Assembly: GCF_001194135.2 (NCBI RefSeq)
Contig: NC_068991.1
Coordinates: 68,143,361 to 68,181,389, forward strand
Source of the DNA: Octopus bimaculoides
Taxonomy: Eukaryota
Length of the DNA stretch: 38,029 nt
Reading direction: 5' to 3'
The position numbers and the translations under genes were made by a program. Position 1 is the stretch's first letter. Each line of letters opens with the position of its first letter. Below the pieces are notes generated by a model. It was not told where the DNA came from. It saw nothing but the letters and a program-made list of their open reading frames with translations, and did no database searches. Of the stretch, positions 23,254-36,942 are shown one piece after another.

Positions 23254-23438
23254 ACATAATTAAGGGATCAGCAAGCATTTGCTTCACCATATACCGAAGT
23301 TCAGAAACAGCAGCTAAAAAAGCTGAGACTCCAACAGATAGCAGATAGCAGATAGCTATGTGTTGGAGTCTCAGCTTTTTTAGCTGCTATTTCTGAACTT
23401 CGGTATATGGTGAAGCAAATGCTTGCTGATCCCTTAAT

Positions 23439-23443
<5 letters not shown>
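23254..23443. repeat. Near-perfect foldback with 83-bp arms and a 24-nt centre
   Basis: Arms 23254-23336 and 23361-23443 differ at one position. The centre is GATAGCA-GATAGCA-GATAGC-TATG. The right arm ends CCCTTAATTATG on a (TA)n tract. Confidence 0.97.
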
Positions 23444-23480
<37 letters not shown>

Positions 23481-24045
23481 TATATACATTCACACGCATA
23501 TATATATATATATATACACTTTCATACACACATATATATGTATATACATATACTTACAAATGCACGAGCATACCTGTATGCACGTTATGTGCTACAAGTT
23601 GCTGAGAAAGTTACGATGACTGAACATTTTAGAAACTTACATGAAGACATGTTATCACCCTACATACACACAAACACCCATGAAATACATACACAGAGCA
23701 ATCTCATATGAATCATAATTTGATTAAAAAAATGATCTAACTGCAATACCTCGAGGGGATAGCGCCTAATGAAACCACAAACCTTGATATTCTGAGGAAG
23801 TATACATTATTACACAGCTCGTACGTTATTATCGATATCATATATCAAAAGTACATTATGTCATTTAATTAATAATTCCGGTCTTGAGGAATTTTAAAAT
23901 TGATACAAATCCTAAATTAACTCCAGCCTCTCCTCGTTTTGACCTCTTACTCCTCAGCTGTAAAAAGAGAATGCAAATGTAATGCTTCATATAGAGTTAC
24001 TATTAAAAAAAAAATAAAAGATGAAAAAAATGTCTTGAACGTATT

Positions 24046-24450
24046 GGCGCAAGAGTGGCTGTGTGGTAAGTAGCTTGCTTACCAACCACATGGTTCCGAG
24101 TTCAGTCCTACTGCGTGGCACCTTGTGCAAGTGTCTTCTACTATAGCCTCGGGCCGACCAAAGCCTTGTGAGTGGATTTGGTAGACGGAAACTGAAAGAA
24201 GCCCGTCGTATATACGTATATATATATGTGTGTGTGTTTGTGTGTCTGTGTTTGTCCTCCTAGCATTGCTTGACAACCGATGCTGGTGTGTTTTATAACC
24301 CCGTCACTTAGCGGTTCGGCAAAAAGAGACTGATAGAATAAGTACTAGGCTTACAAAGAATAAGTCCCGAGGTCGATTTGCTCGACTAAAGGCGGTACTC
24401 CAGCATGGCCGCAGTCAAATGACTGAAACAAGTAAAAGAGTAAAAGAGTA
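24046..24450 (+). mobile_element. SINE family B, full length
   Basis: tRNA-like head, internal microsatellite, tail AGTAAAAGAGTAAAAGAG; five homologous copies in the window. Confidence 0.9.
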
Positions 24451-24777
24451 ATGAGCAAGTGTATGTAGAGTTTCACTTACTGCTCAGCGAACATTTAACC
24501 AAAAGCTATATATATAAATGAATTATAATTTCCGCATTTATTCACAAATTTATGAAGTAAAATATATAATTTAAAAGATAATGGAATAAATAATTAACAA
24601 ACAACTGTGTGTGAAATGCATTTAATTGACGCTGCGTGTGCATGTCTTTGGGAGTCATATGACGAGAAAGTTCTTCAGCTGTGATATTCATTGCTGGACA
24701 GATTACATAAATGCGGTAGATATTGCAACTCTGGCAGTAGTAAAATAGTAAAAGAAAAAAAAATAATAAATAGGCAC

Positions 24778-24960
24778 AGGCGCCTCAGTGTGGTATGGAG
24801 CTTGCTCCCAATCACATGGTTCCGGGTTCAGTCTCACTGCGTGGCATCTTGGACAAGTGTCTTCTGCTGGAGTCTCGGACTGGCCAAAGCCTTCTGAGTG
24901 CATTTGATAGACAGAAACTGAAAGAAGCCTGTCGTATCTATCTATCTATCTATCTATCTG

Positions 24961-25001
<41 letters not shown>

Positions 25002-25250
25002 AAAAAAAGGGGGGGTCTATGTGTCTGTGTTTATCCACCCACCGTCACCTGACAAACCGATGTTGGTTTGCTTATGTCCTCGTAACTTAGCGTTTCGGCC
25101 AAAGAGACTGACACAATAAGTACTAGGCTTACAAAGAATAATTCCTGGGGTCAATTTCTTCAACTAAAACCCTTCAAAGCGGTTTTCCAGTGGGCCGCAG
25201 TCAAACGACTGGAACTTGTAAGATAATAAAAGAATAAAAGAATAAAAGAA
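24778..25250 (+). mobile_element. SINE family B, more diverged copy
   Basis: Colinear with the 24046 copy; expanded internal microsatellite; (AAAAGAAT)n tail. Confidence 0.85.
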
Positions 25251-25365
25251 AGGCCTGAGATTCTTGAAATTAGTTCCATTTATCTGCAGAGGAACAAATA
25301 GGAGCAAGTGCTGTGTGGAGACAATCTTCGCTCTATGTAATATACTATGTGTGTATGCATATGTC

Positions 25366-25754
25366 AGTGGAGGCGCAATGGCGCAGTGGTTAGGGCAGTG
25401 GACTCGCGGTTATAGGATCGCAGTTTCGATTCCCAGACCGGGCGTTGTGAGTGTTTATTGAGCGAAAACACCTAAAGCTCCACGAGGCTCCGGCAAGGTG
25501 TGGTGGCGAACCCTGATGTACTCTTTCACCACAACTTTCTCTCACTCTTACTTCCTGTTTCTGTTGTGCCTGTAATTCAAAGGGTCAGCCATGTCACACT
25601 GCGTCATGCTGAATATCCCCGAGAACTACGTTAAGGGTATACGTGTCTGTGGAGTGCTCAGCCACTTGCACGTTAATTTCACGAGCAGGCTGTTCCGTTG
25701 ATCGGATCAACTGGAACCCTCGACGTCGTAAGCGACGGAGTGCCATCAACAACA
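25366..25754 (+). mobile_element. SINE family A, full length, 11-bp TSD
   Basis: Same A/B boxes and body as the other copies. TSD ATGCATATGTC at 25355-25365 and 25755-25765. Confidence 0.93.
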
Positions 25755-26457
25755 ATGCATATGTCGTCGTTGTCGGCTGTCTGTCGTAGATCGACGTCGA
25801 CTGCTCTTTTCAAAACCCACGTCTCTGAAGAGTCAGTAAGGCAGCTGGCATTGACTCTCCACCAAATTCTCTCTCTGGACCTCTATGCTAGGTATCAAGT
25901 GGTGTACAAGAGTGCAACTAAGATTCTCGACGATGAGGCTGCTCTGCAGTAGCAGTTTACTTGCCAGTTGATGTCTAACCGTTGTCTGTTGGTACATATC
26001 TCCCGCTTGGCTGCAATAACTTTCAAACTATTGATCTGAGACTCCCCTGCCTTGTCAATTAGTTACCCAACAACCTGCTCGAAATGGTCAGTGGTGTGTA
26101 TTTGAATAACAGACAAATAGCGGTACGCCAAATATCACACATAAGCAAAAGAATTTCTCCATTTATTAACATTATCTACGCCTCCAATGGATGTATTATA
26201 ACTACCAATCAGGAATTAAGAAGAGCTTCACTTAGGAAGGGGAGATAATCTCAAGATTCAGGAATTCGAAGAAGTATTTTGGTCTAATGGTAGAACATCT
26301 TTTATGTTTACAGTAGATGTACGTTCGTGTTTCACGAGCAGCCTTCAACTTATTCTCACCGAAGGTATTTTTAGCCCAATATTTATACGCTATTGCTTAT
26401 AGCTTTATTTGCTTCGAGTTCCATCGTTCAAGAGACAAAAGGTACAAACAAGATACA

Positions 26458-26501
<44 letters not shown>

Positions 26502-26566
26502 CGTACATACATATATACATATGCATACACACACACACATATATATATATATCTATATATATATAC

Positions 26567-26604
<38 letters not shown>

Positions 26605-26951
26605 ACATATACATATATACATACACACATGTACATATACATACATGTATATACATATGTATGTATATATACAGGAAACCATACACTATAATTATGGCAA
26701 TGATATTAAAACGATTTGTGTAATGAAAGTTTATGTGGTGGGACCCAAACAATTTCTATAATATGAAGTAATAAATTATCCGCTTATTAGAATCAATGCT
26801 GTCGATACTGTTATATCCTATGCATAAAGTCATTGGACAGTGTGATGAAACTAGTTATAATAAATGGTTTTACTACATATATGTATATATGTTTATGCGT
26901 TGTGTGTGTATATGTATGTACGTACATACGTACGCACGTTTATAAATAGAG

Positions 26952-26982
<31 letters not shown>

Positions 26983-27608
26983 TGTATGTATGTCTATGAA
27001 TGATCACAAATGATCTCTGGCGAGATGCCAAGGCTTCAGTGTAAAGTTGAACGAGTGTATCTAGACAGGATATATGTGTGTATGTGTGCCTCTTAAGTGC
27101 CCCTACATGTATACGATTATGTGCGTGCGCCAGTGTGTGTGTGTGAGTGTATGGCTGTATGGCTATGTGCGATTGCGTGTAAATGTATGGATATGTGCGT
27201 GTCTGTTGGTCTAAGTAGGTCTTTGATAATTTCTATAATCATTTACAGTAAAATAACTTCAAGATCAATTTGGATACTTGCAGACAAATTCCTCATGACT
27301 GACGGTCTTTCTTGAATTCTTCAAATACATAGAAATTCTTCTTTTTTTCTTCTTCTTCTTCATTTCTTTCTTTCCTTCCCGCTTTCTTTTTACCTTCTTT
27401 ATTTCTTTCCTTCTTTCTTCCTTGCGTTTTTTTTCTTTTAAAGATTATTTCTTGGTATGTGTCTGTGGTTAAGATTTTCCCCAATAATATATATATATAT
27501 GTATATATANNNNNNNNNNNNNNNNNNNNNNNNNNNNNNNNNNNNNNNNNNNNNNNNNNNNNNNNNNNNNNNNNNNNNNNNNNNNNNNNNNNNNNNNNNN
27601 NNNNNNNN

Positions 27609-27678
<70 letters not shown>

Positions 27679-28741
27679 AGATCCAATGTCTTCACTTCCG
27701 TGAACTTGTGTACTTTCTGATTTGCTATGGAAATGCACACGACTTGGTAACAAGTATACATTTATGCACATTCCTACCTCTCTCCTTCCTTACCCACCTC
27801 TCCAGAAACATACGTACATAGGCCAAAGACAAAAAAAAACAAACAAAACAAACAAACACACAAAAATATGCATACATGCTTACGTATCTATGTAAGTATT
27901 ATGTGTGTGTGCATGTGTATATACGGAAGAAAAAGTGAGAGAGAAAGAGCGAAAATAGTTTTTCTTTGTATTGTAAGCAATCGGTGTGTGATGGGAAACA
28001 TGAATCTCGATGAAGGAATTAAGTTTAATTTTAAGCTATTTAATCTAAAAGCGAATTAAACTAAATAGATACCTACCGCATTACATATATATATANNNNN
28101 NNNNNNNNNNNNNNNNNNNNNNNNNNNNNNNNNNNNNNNNNNNNNNNNNNNNNNNNNNNNNNNNNNNNNNNNNNNNNNNNNNNNNNNNNNNNNNNNNNNN
28201 NNNNNNNNNNNNNNNNNNNNNNNNNNNNNNNNNNNNNNNNNNNNNNNNNNNNNNNNNNNNNNNNNNNNNNNNNNNNNNNNNNNNNNNNNNNNNNNNNNNN
28301 NNNNNNNNNNNNNNNNNNNNNNNNNNNNNNNNNNNNNNNNNNNNNNNNNNNNNNNNNNNNNNNNNNNNNNNNNNNNNNNNNNNNNNNNNNNNNNNNNNNN
28401 NNNNNNNNNNNNNNNNNNNNNNNNNNNNNNNNNNNNNNNNNNNNNNNNNNNNNNNNNNNNNNNNNNNNNNNNNNNNNNNNNNNNNNNNNNNNNNNNNNNN
28501 NNNNNNNNNNNNNNNNNNNNNNNNNNNNNNNNNNNNNNNNNNNNNNNNNNNNNNNNNNNNNNNNNNNNNNNNNNNNNNNNNNNNNNNNNNNNNNNNNNNN
28601 NNNNNNNNNNNNNNNNNNNNNNNNNNNNNNNNNNNNNNNNNNNNNNNNNNNNNNNNNNNNNNNNNNNNNNNNNNNNNNNNNNNNNNNNNNNNNNNNNNNN
28701 NNNNNNNNNNNNNNNNNNNNNNNNNNNNNNNNNNNNNNNNN

Positions 28742-28772
<31 letters not shown>

Positions 28773-28793
28773 CATACATCTGTACACACATAC

Positions 28794-29082
28794 TGCGTGG
28801 CACCTTGGACAAGTGTCTTCTACTGCAACCTCGGGCTGACCGAAGACTTGTGATTTAGTAGACGGAAACTGAAAGAAGCCCGTCGTATATGTATATATAT
28901 ATGTATATGTTTGCGTGTCACCACCATCACTTGACAACCGATGTTGGTGTGTTTACGTCCCCATAACATAGCAGTTCGGCAAAAGACACCTATAGAATAA
29001 GTACTAGGCCTACAGAGGATAAGTCCTGGGGTCCAGCATGGCCGCAGTCAAATAATTGAAACAAGTACAAGAATAAAAGAAA
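28794..29082 (+). mobile_element. SINE family B, 5'-truncated
   Basis: Begins at CTGCGTGGCACCTTGG and is colinear to the tail, with an internal deletion near the 3' end. Confidence 0.85.
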
Positions 29083-29818
29083 ATCTGCGGAATCCGGTTT
29101 CTTTCTAAAGCTATGCAATATTTATCTGGATTGACATTTGGATCCATCACACATACAACGTATGTGTAACTTGTGTATGTTGCCCACGAGTTTATTTTAT
29201 GACTGTTCAGTGTTATGAACACTACTTCCAACATTTATCGTCCATTTTAGCGCAGAATTCACTTAATATGAATGTGTTGTTTGCTAATGTTTTCCTATTT
29301 AGTTTTGTTTAGTATTATTTGGTGGAATACATATGACTGGACTTGTTCCGTGTTGTAAATGAGTGTGAGATTTCATAATGGCTTCGAAAATTTACTTTCC
29401 CGAGCAAACTGCAAGGATTACGTCTATACGAAAATAGATAGAAAAAAGAATCTCTATAAAAAGATAAATCATGAACTCAGTCGTGTTATCAAAACTACAC
29501 CCATCTCTCTCTTTATGTGTGTGTGTGTGTGTGTGGTGCGTGTGGGTGCATGTGTGTGTGCGTGTGGATGTGTATGTATATGTATATGTTTATATATATA
29601 TATATTCAAATGCATATATATGTGTGTGTGAGTGTGCGTGCGTGTGTGTGTGTGTACGTGTGTGTCTGTGTGCGTGTGTATGTGTATGTATGTATATGTG
29701 CGCGTTTGTGTGTATATATATATATGTATATGTTTATGTATATATATATATATATATGTATATGTTTATATATATATACATATTCAAATGCATATATGTG
29801 TGTGTGTATGTGTGTATT

Positions 29819-29854
<36 letters not shown>

Positions 29855-30658
29855 TATAGGTGCACGCGAATGCACGTCACATCTTACTTATTCGCTTACT
29901 GCAATATTGAAAAATTCTGAAACAATTCCTCTCTGCTGAAAGAAAAAAAAAAACTTGGAAAATAGAAAAAAAAATCAATCAGTGCAGACATGTTTGCATT
30001 ATTGACCAGTTATCGACAAACTGTCAACTAATTGTCTATCAGACTTTGTTTACTTCGTATTTCCCCATTGATAGATTAATTTCTAGATTCAATTACGGAA
30101 AAAAAAAATCCTACAGAAAATAAAAAAACAACAAAAACAAATACATCATATCGACTAAAACAACAACAAAAGCAAAACTAGCAACACCAATAAATAAATA
30201 AATAAATAACACATAAATAAACATTGAAAACTACAGAAGTAAACCTTGTAGAATATTGAAATGAAACAAGACAATATCAAAAACAACAACATCGTCAGGA
30301 ACAACAAGAACATCGACAAAGAGAACAGCTATGAGGTTATAACAAAACGATAAGAAAAAAATACGAAGAATAAGATGGAGAAGAAAACAAAAACTGCAAA
30401 ACCGAACAAAGAGGAAGAGCTAAAAACAGCGTCCATCAATAAGACTTACATATACAGTTACAGTATAAAGAAACTGTATGGTGGCACGCAAGAGTTATAT
30501 ATTTTAAATTCACATGCAAAAACGTAAACACGTGTATGCTGCGTATGTATATATAACATGTGTGTACATGTGTGTGTGCATACATACACAAACATACACA
30601 CACACATACACACATATATATATATGAATATGTTTGTATGCGTTTATATATATGTATA

Positions 30659-30915
30659 GGGGTGGATGTGTGGTAAGAAGCTTGGTTACCAAGCGCACTG
30701 CGTTCAACCCGACTGTGTGGAACCTTGGGCCAGTGTCTTCTACTATAGCCTCGGGCCGACCGATGCCTTGTGAGTGGATTTGGTAGACGGAAACTGAAAG
30801 AAGCCTGTCGTATATATATTTATATATATATACGTTTTTGTGTTTGTGTTTGTCCTCCACCATCGCTTGACAACCGATATTGGTGTGTTTACGTCCCCAT
30901 AACTTAGCGGTTCGG
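30659..30915 (+). mobile_element. SINE family B, 3'-truncated
   Basis: Head and middle are colinear with the 24046 copy; similarity ends at GCGGTTCGG, shortly before a gap. Confidence 0.82.
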
Positions 30916-31217
30916 TAATAAAAGCCTGGTGGGATACGTTTTGAGGCTTNNNNNNNNNNNNNNNNNNNNNNNNNNNNNNNNNNNNNNNNNNNNNNNNNNN
31001 NNNNNNNNNNNNNNNNNNNNNNNNNNNNNNNNNNNNNNNNNNNNNNNNNNNNNNNNNNNNNNNNNNNNNNNNNNNNNNNNNNNNNNNNNNNNNNNNNNNN
31101 NNNNNNNNNNNNNNNNNNNNNNNNNNNNNNNNNNNNNNNNNNNNNATATATGCAAATATATACACGAATATGTATACAAAAATATATTTTCCTACATATT
31201 CTTATACACCGTATATA

Positions 31218-31407
31218 CAGTAATGTCTCGATTATCGCGAGTGTTACGTTCCAAAACCTCTCACAGAAATAATTAAAATAAAAAAGACTATAAATACTTA
31301 TTGGCCGCAGAAACCCGCGATATACTGAGGAGTCCGCTATATAAATTTACATATACTACTAAGAAGAATCTGCGATACGTGAACCGTGATATGGCGATAG
31401 ATTGCCG
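31218..31407. mobile_element. pogo/Tigger-like MITE with degenerate TIRs and TA flanks
   Basis: TA|CAGTAATGTCTCGATTATCGCG ... CGTGATATGGCGATAGATTGCCG|TA. CAGT termini plus a TA TSD are typical of the pogo/Tigger group (established knowledge). Confidence 0.72.
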
Positions 31408-32300
31408 TATATATATATATATGAATGTACGTACTCACAGGTTCACCACCCCTCCACTCACACTAGCGAGAATGCGATGTGATATAAGTTCCGGTTGTTA
31501 GTGTTGTGAGTTCAAATCCAGTTGACTTCAACTTAGCTTTTTAATCGATGAAATATTTGAACACTGTTCTCTCATTCTGGTTTTCACACCCTAAATATTC
31601 TGAGGTTCTAACTGTCAGACTGTCTTAAAAACCTTCAACCAAAACATGGGGCTTCCTGATTTCAAGTCATTGTAGGTTGTGAGTGACAACCAGAGTCACA
31701 AATCATAGAAACAGATAATCTGTCTGTCTGTCTGTATTTATGTATGTCTGTTTCTGTGTACCTATATGTCTATCTATTTGTCTGTCTGTTGTCTGTCAAT
31801 CTAAATACATAGACACACACATACGTGTGNNNNNNNNNNNNNNNNNNNNNNNNNNNNNNNNNNNNNNNNNNNNNNNNNNNNNNNNNNNNNNNNNNNNNNN
31901 NNNNNNNNNNNNNNNNNNNNNNNNNNNNNNNNNNNNNNNNNNNNNNNNNNNNNNNNNNNNNNNNNNNNNNNNNNNNNNNNNNNNNNNNNNNNNNNNNNNN
32001 NNNNNNNNNNNNNNNNNNNNNNNNNNNNNNNNNNNNNNNNNNNNNNNNNNNNNNNNNNNNNNNNNNNNNNNNNNNNNNNNNNNNNNNNNNNNNNNNNNNN
32101 NNNNNNNNNNNNNNNNNNNNNNNNNNNNNNNNNNNNNNNNNNNNNNNNNNNNNNNNNNNNNNNNNNNNNNNNNNNNNNNNNNNNNNNNNNNNNNNNNNNN
32201 NNNNNNNNNNNNNNNNNNNNNNNNNNNNNNNNNNNNNNNNNNNNNNNNNNNNNNNNNNNNNNNNNNNNNNNNNNNNNNNNNNNNNNNNNNNNNNNNNNNN

Positions 32301-32355
<55 letters not shown>

Positions 32356-32570
32356 GATATACTCTTGTGCCTTCAGCATATAATACAGATACCTGCCGTT
32401 GTTGTCTATTATTCATTAAAAACAAGTCAGGGATGGACTGCTTATTCTTAGCTATGATGTCTCTTTAGTCGGGATAATTTGTAGGACGTCTTGAACAGTA
32501 TCCACAGTTTTGAAAAACTTCAGGTGAAACCTCCCGTTTAAGGACACCAGCCTGATTTTTTCGCCCCCAG

Positions 32571-32635
32571 TTTCGGAGACTTTGTGAAAGGTCGTGGTCG
32601 CTGCTTACCCTCCGAAGAAGAAGATAGGTACAGAG
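32571..32635 (+). CDS. Candidate internal exon (FGDFVKGRGRCLPSEEEDRYR)
   Basis: Acceptor TTTTTTCGCCCCCAG, donor GAG|GTGAGA, only one frame open, GC-richer than the flanks. No homology recognised. Confidence 0.2.
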
Positions 32636-33741
32636 GTGAGATTTTGCCTTAGTATGGCACAGTAATACAGTTAACCGTCTTTTCGTTAAGGGCATATGAA
32701 AAATAGATTATGCTTGATCTTCGAGAATATCTCCGGCTTCTGAATCGGAATTGCAACCAAAGCATTGCTCTACACTTCTTTGTAGATGACAAAATTTCAA
32801 TAAATAAGAAATGTATCTGGTATGTTATTTAAATCACAAGCACGCACGCGCATGCATAAACACACATGCATACACATACATATGTATAAACACATACATA
32901 TATATAGTCAATTCAAAACAACAAAGGATAAAAGAAAAAGAAACAAGCGTGAGGATTGGAGGAAGAAGAGAGTTGTTTTAAGTTTCGAGCACATAGCTCT
33001 TCGTCGGAAACAAGAAAAACAGGAAAGAAAGAAGAAGGAGGTACGTGCGCGCGCGCACGTGTGGGAGTATTTCAGTTCCTTTTGTAGACGTGTAGTACAC
33101 TACAACTACCAAAATGTATTGTTATAGAAATAAGTGAAATGATTAACAAAAGACGTGGCACCTTCGACAAATCTCCTGATGAGACACATCTGCACCTATG
33201 ATGCACCACAGTTATTTCTACAGCTTCTCACCTGCGAGGTGCCGGTGCACGATGGGTCGAAACGATCGTAGTGAATAAAGTCTCGTGAATTCTATTTTCT
33301 TTCTCTCATGTTTTTTTATTATATATATATATTTTATTATATGTATGTTGTTTATGTGTGTGTGTGGACAAATACGATAAATGAAAATATCATATAACAT
33401 AAATTAGTCTTATAGAAAACAGAACACATTTACGGCGTAGGTATTTAGCAGAATTGATATAAAAACGGGCTCAGTATGGCCAGTGGCATGTATATACACA
33501 GACTGACAGACACATAAATAGAAGCTGAAATTACAGTTTGTTGCTACTCCGAGATTTGAGACTCGTCATTCGTTACACACGAAAATGCTGGTAATCCAGC
33601 TTTCATTTGTGAAATCAGAGCGGAAACGCGAAACTCAGAGGAGCAGCATAAACATTGTACAATAAACAATTACACCCTTCTTTTTTGCTTCTTTTTTTTT
33701 TTTTAGATTTAGTACACCCACGTACGCATGCATACAACACT

Positions 33742-33755
33742 GTTGTCATAGCAAC
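33742..33755. promoter_or_regulatory. RFX X-box-like motif GTTGTCATAGCAAC
   Basis: Full match to the degenerate X-box consensus GTHNYYATRRNAAC, in a CpG-containing unique segment. Confidence 0.3.
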
Positions 33756-33949
33756 TCAGGCAAACGTGGAATTTGTTCTTTTCCTAGAAGCACAACGAGA
33801 ATGTGTCGATCGCATTCGAACTGACGCACGTTCAGTTTGATAGTCTTATAATTTATTCAGTCGGACATATGGCGCCTACACGCTTTTGCTTATACATACA
33901 AACATATAAAGGAACAAACTCGTATATACATACACATATACACACATAC

Positions 33950-34013
<64 letters not shown>

Positions 34014-34155
34014 ATACAGGCATAATTTTGTACAAATTTGCTAGCTGCTAATATATACACACACGTACGCATATATAGAAACCATATATACATACACATA
34101 TACATCTACACACACACACAAGCACACACAAGCACACACACATGAGCACCCAGAG

Positions 34156-34208
<53 letters not shown>

Positions 34209-34465
34209 CTAAACACGCGTATAACATACAAATCTGTCGCTCGAGTCACACATCTACTCACTGCTGGTGCACGCGCTTCTCGCACCCACCCACATATACT
34301 TCACGTTGTGCGCGTGCGCGCACACACACACATACACACACCTACACGCTCACACACATGTACACACACCTACGCGCGCGCGCACTCACACATCATACAT
34401 ATGTACATCGATTCACTGTATTTCCTGTTACAGGAGAAAGATAGATAGATAAACAGACAGATAGA

Positions 34466-34496
<31 letters not shown>

Positions 34497-34530
34497 GCAG
34501 ACTAACAGACAGACAGACAGACAGACAGAC

Positions 34531-34572
<42 letters not shown>

Positions 34573-35517
34573 GCAGATAGATAGATAGATAGATAGACAG
34601 ACAGACATAGATAGATAGACAGACAGATAGATAGATAGATAGATAAATAGAGAGAGATAGATAGATTAAAAAGAGCGGAAGAGAGAAGGGGCAGAAAGAG
34701 TAAGAAAGAAAGAAGGAAAGTGATAGAGAAGAGGGAGGGAAGGGGGCTGTAAGGTGGCACCGACTGGTACTAGGTTTCGTAGTTGCTCGCCTGTCAAACG
34801 ATGGGATTGTAGAAATCCAAAACCGTGTGGCTGCTAGCGCCTCAATCTGTAAAGACCCCATTTAAACAGTTCCCATGTCACATGTCAGGGCACACTCTAG
34901 TCTTGTAAAAAGAAGGAAAGGTGGCGTCAAGATGCGTAAACAGGCGGACTAATCCGTAGAGCCAAGCGTTGAGGACTGTCATTTAAATCACTTAATGCTG
35001 TCGAGAATTCTCTGTTCTTGTTCATGTTTTCTTCCTTTTATTATTGTTGTTTTTAGAGCAGCGGATTCTGTTAGTATTGTTGTTGTTGTTGTTGTTGTTG
35101 TTGATGTTGATATTGTCGGTGCTGTTATTATTGTTATTAGTGGTGTTTTCATTTTGTTATTGGTGTTGTTTTTAGTTGTTTGTTTGTTTTTTTTATTATA
35201 TATTTTGCCTCAAAGCAAGTGTGAACAACGCATCACACAAAATGGCTACCCCTATTGTCTTTCATTTAACGGTCTGCGCTTGCGTATGTGCGTCTGTGTA
35301 AGCGTATATTATATATATATATAATCATGCACATTTGTGTACGTCTGCCTTCTATCTATCTATCTATCTACCTGGATATCACGCAATCTCTCTCCCCTTC
35401 TCTCTGTATATGTGAAACACACAAACACAAACAACCACACACAAAAACAAAAAGACTTCAGTCAATAGATTTATATGCACACACACACATACATACACAC
35501 ATACATACATATATACA

Positions 35518-35553
<36 letters not shown>

Positions 35554-35633
35554 TATANNNNNNNNNNNNNNNNNNNNNNNNNNNNNNNNNNNNNNNNNNN
35601 NNNNNNNNNNNNNNNNNNNNNNNNNNNTATATG

Positions 35634-35683
<50 letters not shown>

Positions 35684-35877
35684 TGTATGTATATAGATGC
35701 GTGTGTTCTACACACACAAACACACACACACATACACACACACATACACACACACACAAATGTATACAAATATTTATATCCCTCTCTCTCTGTCTCTTTC
35801 TTCTTCCTCCATCCTTCCCCTTCTCTCAGTATAATATATATGTGTGTATATATATATACATACATACATATATATAC

Positions 35878-35922
<45 letters not shown>

Positions 35923-36338
35923 TACATACGTACATACATATGCACTCACATTTATAATCACACAGACGAAAAACATAGCCATACATGCATATGGACATGT
36001 ATATGTGTGTGTGTATTTGTGTTTGTGCGTGTCTACGCGCGTGTGTGTAATTCTGTGTGTATAAGTGTATTCGTAAACGTATGCATGTGTGCACATATGT
36101 GTCAATGATACACTCACGGTTTACGCTATGCTTTTATCAAATCAGTTTTTCAAAGACTAAATCTTTTTTTTTTTCGCTCCTGATGTTACACTCTATAGTG
36201 TTTTTAAAACTTCGGCATTTTTTCTCTGTTGTTGTTGTTGATGTTGTTGTTATTGTTATTTAATTTTATTCATCTATTTAATTTCTTTTTCCTTTATTTT
36301 ATTTTTTTTGATTGTCTGAATTTGATAGGATCTTTGTT

Positions 36339-36911
36339 TTCTTCTTCTTCTTCTTCTTCTTCTTCTTCTTCTTCTTCTTCTTCTTCTTCTTCTTCTTCTT
36401 CTTCTTCTTCTTCTTCTTCTTCTTCTTCTTNNNNNNNNNNNNNNNNNNNNNNNNNNNNNNNNNNNNNNNNNNNNNNNNNNNNNNNNNNNNNNNNNNNNNN
36501 NNNNNNNNNNNNNNNNNNNNNNNNNNNNNNNNNNNNNNNNNNNNNNNNNNNNNNNNNNNNNNNNNNNNNNNNNNNNNNNNNNNNNNNNNNNNNNNNNNNN
36601 NNNNNNNNNNNNNNNNNNNNNNNNNNNNNNNNNNNNNNNNNNNNNNNNNNNNNNNNNNNNNNNNNNNNNNNNNNNNNNNNNNNNNNNNNNNNNNNNNNNN
36701 NNNNNNNNNNNNNNNNNNNNNNNNNNNNNNNNNNNNNNNNNNNNNCGGCATCATTAGCGTCATTGTCACCACCATCATCATCATCATGATCTTCGTCGTC
36801 GTCGTCATCGTCATCGTCATCATCATCATTAGAAACAGCATCAAAACCATCATCAGCGTCAGCATCCTTGCTATCATCGCTATTGATGTTATTATTATTA
36901 TTATCATTATT

Positions 36912-36942
<31 letters not shown>

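Noticed and set aside
25770-25952. ORF tail TALFKTHVSEESVRQLALTLHQILSLDLYARYQVVYKSATKIL as a LINE RT relic
   Set aside because: The resemblance to the CR1 ORF2 C-terminal region is only loose, with no diagnostic motif.
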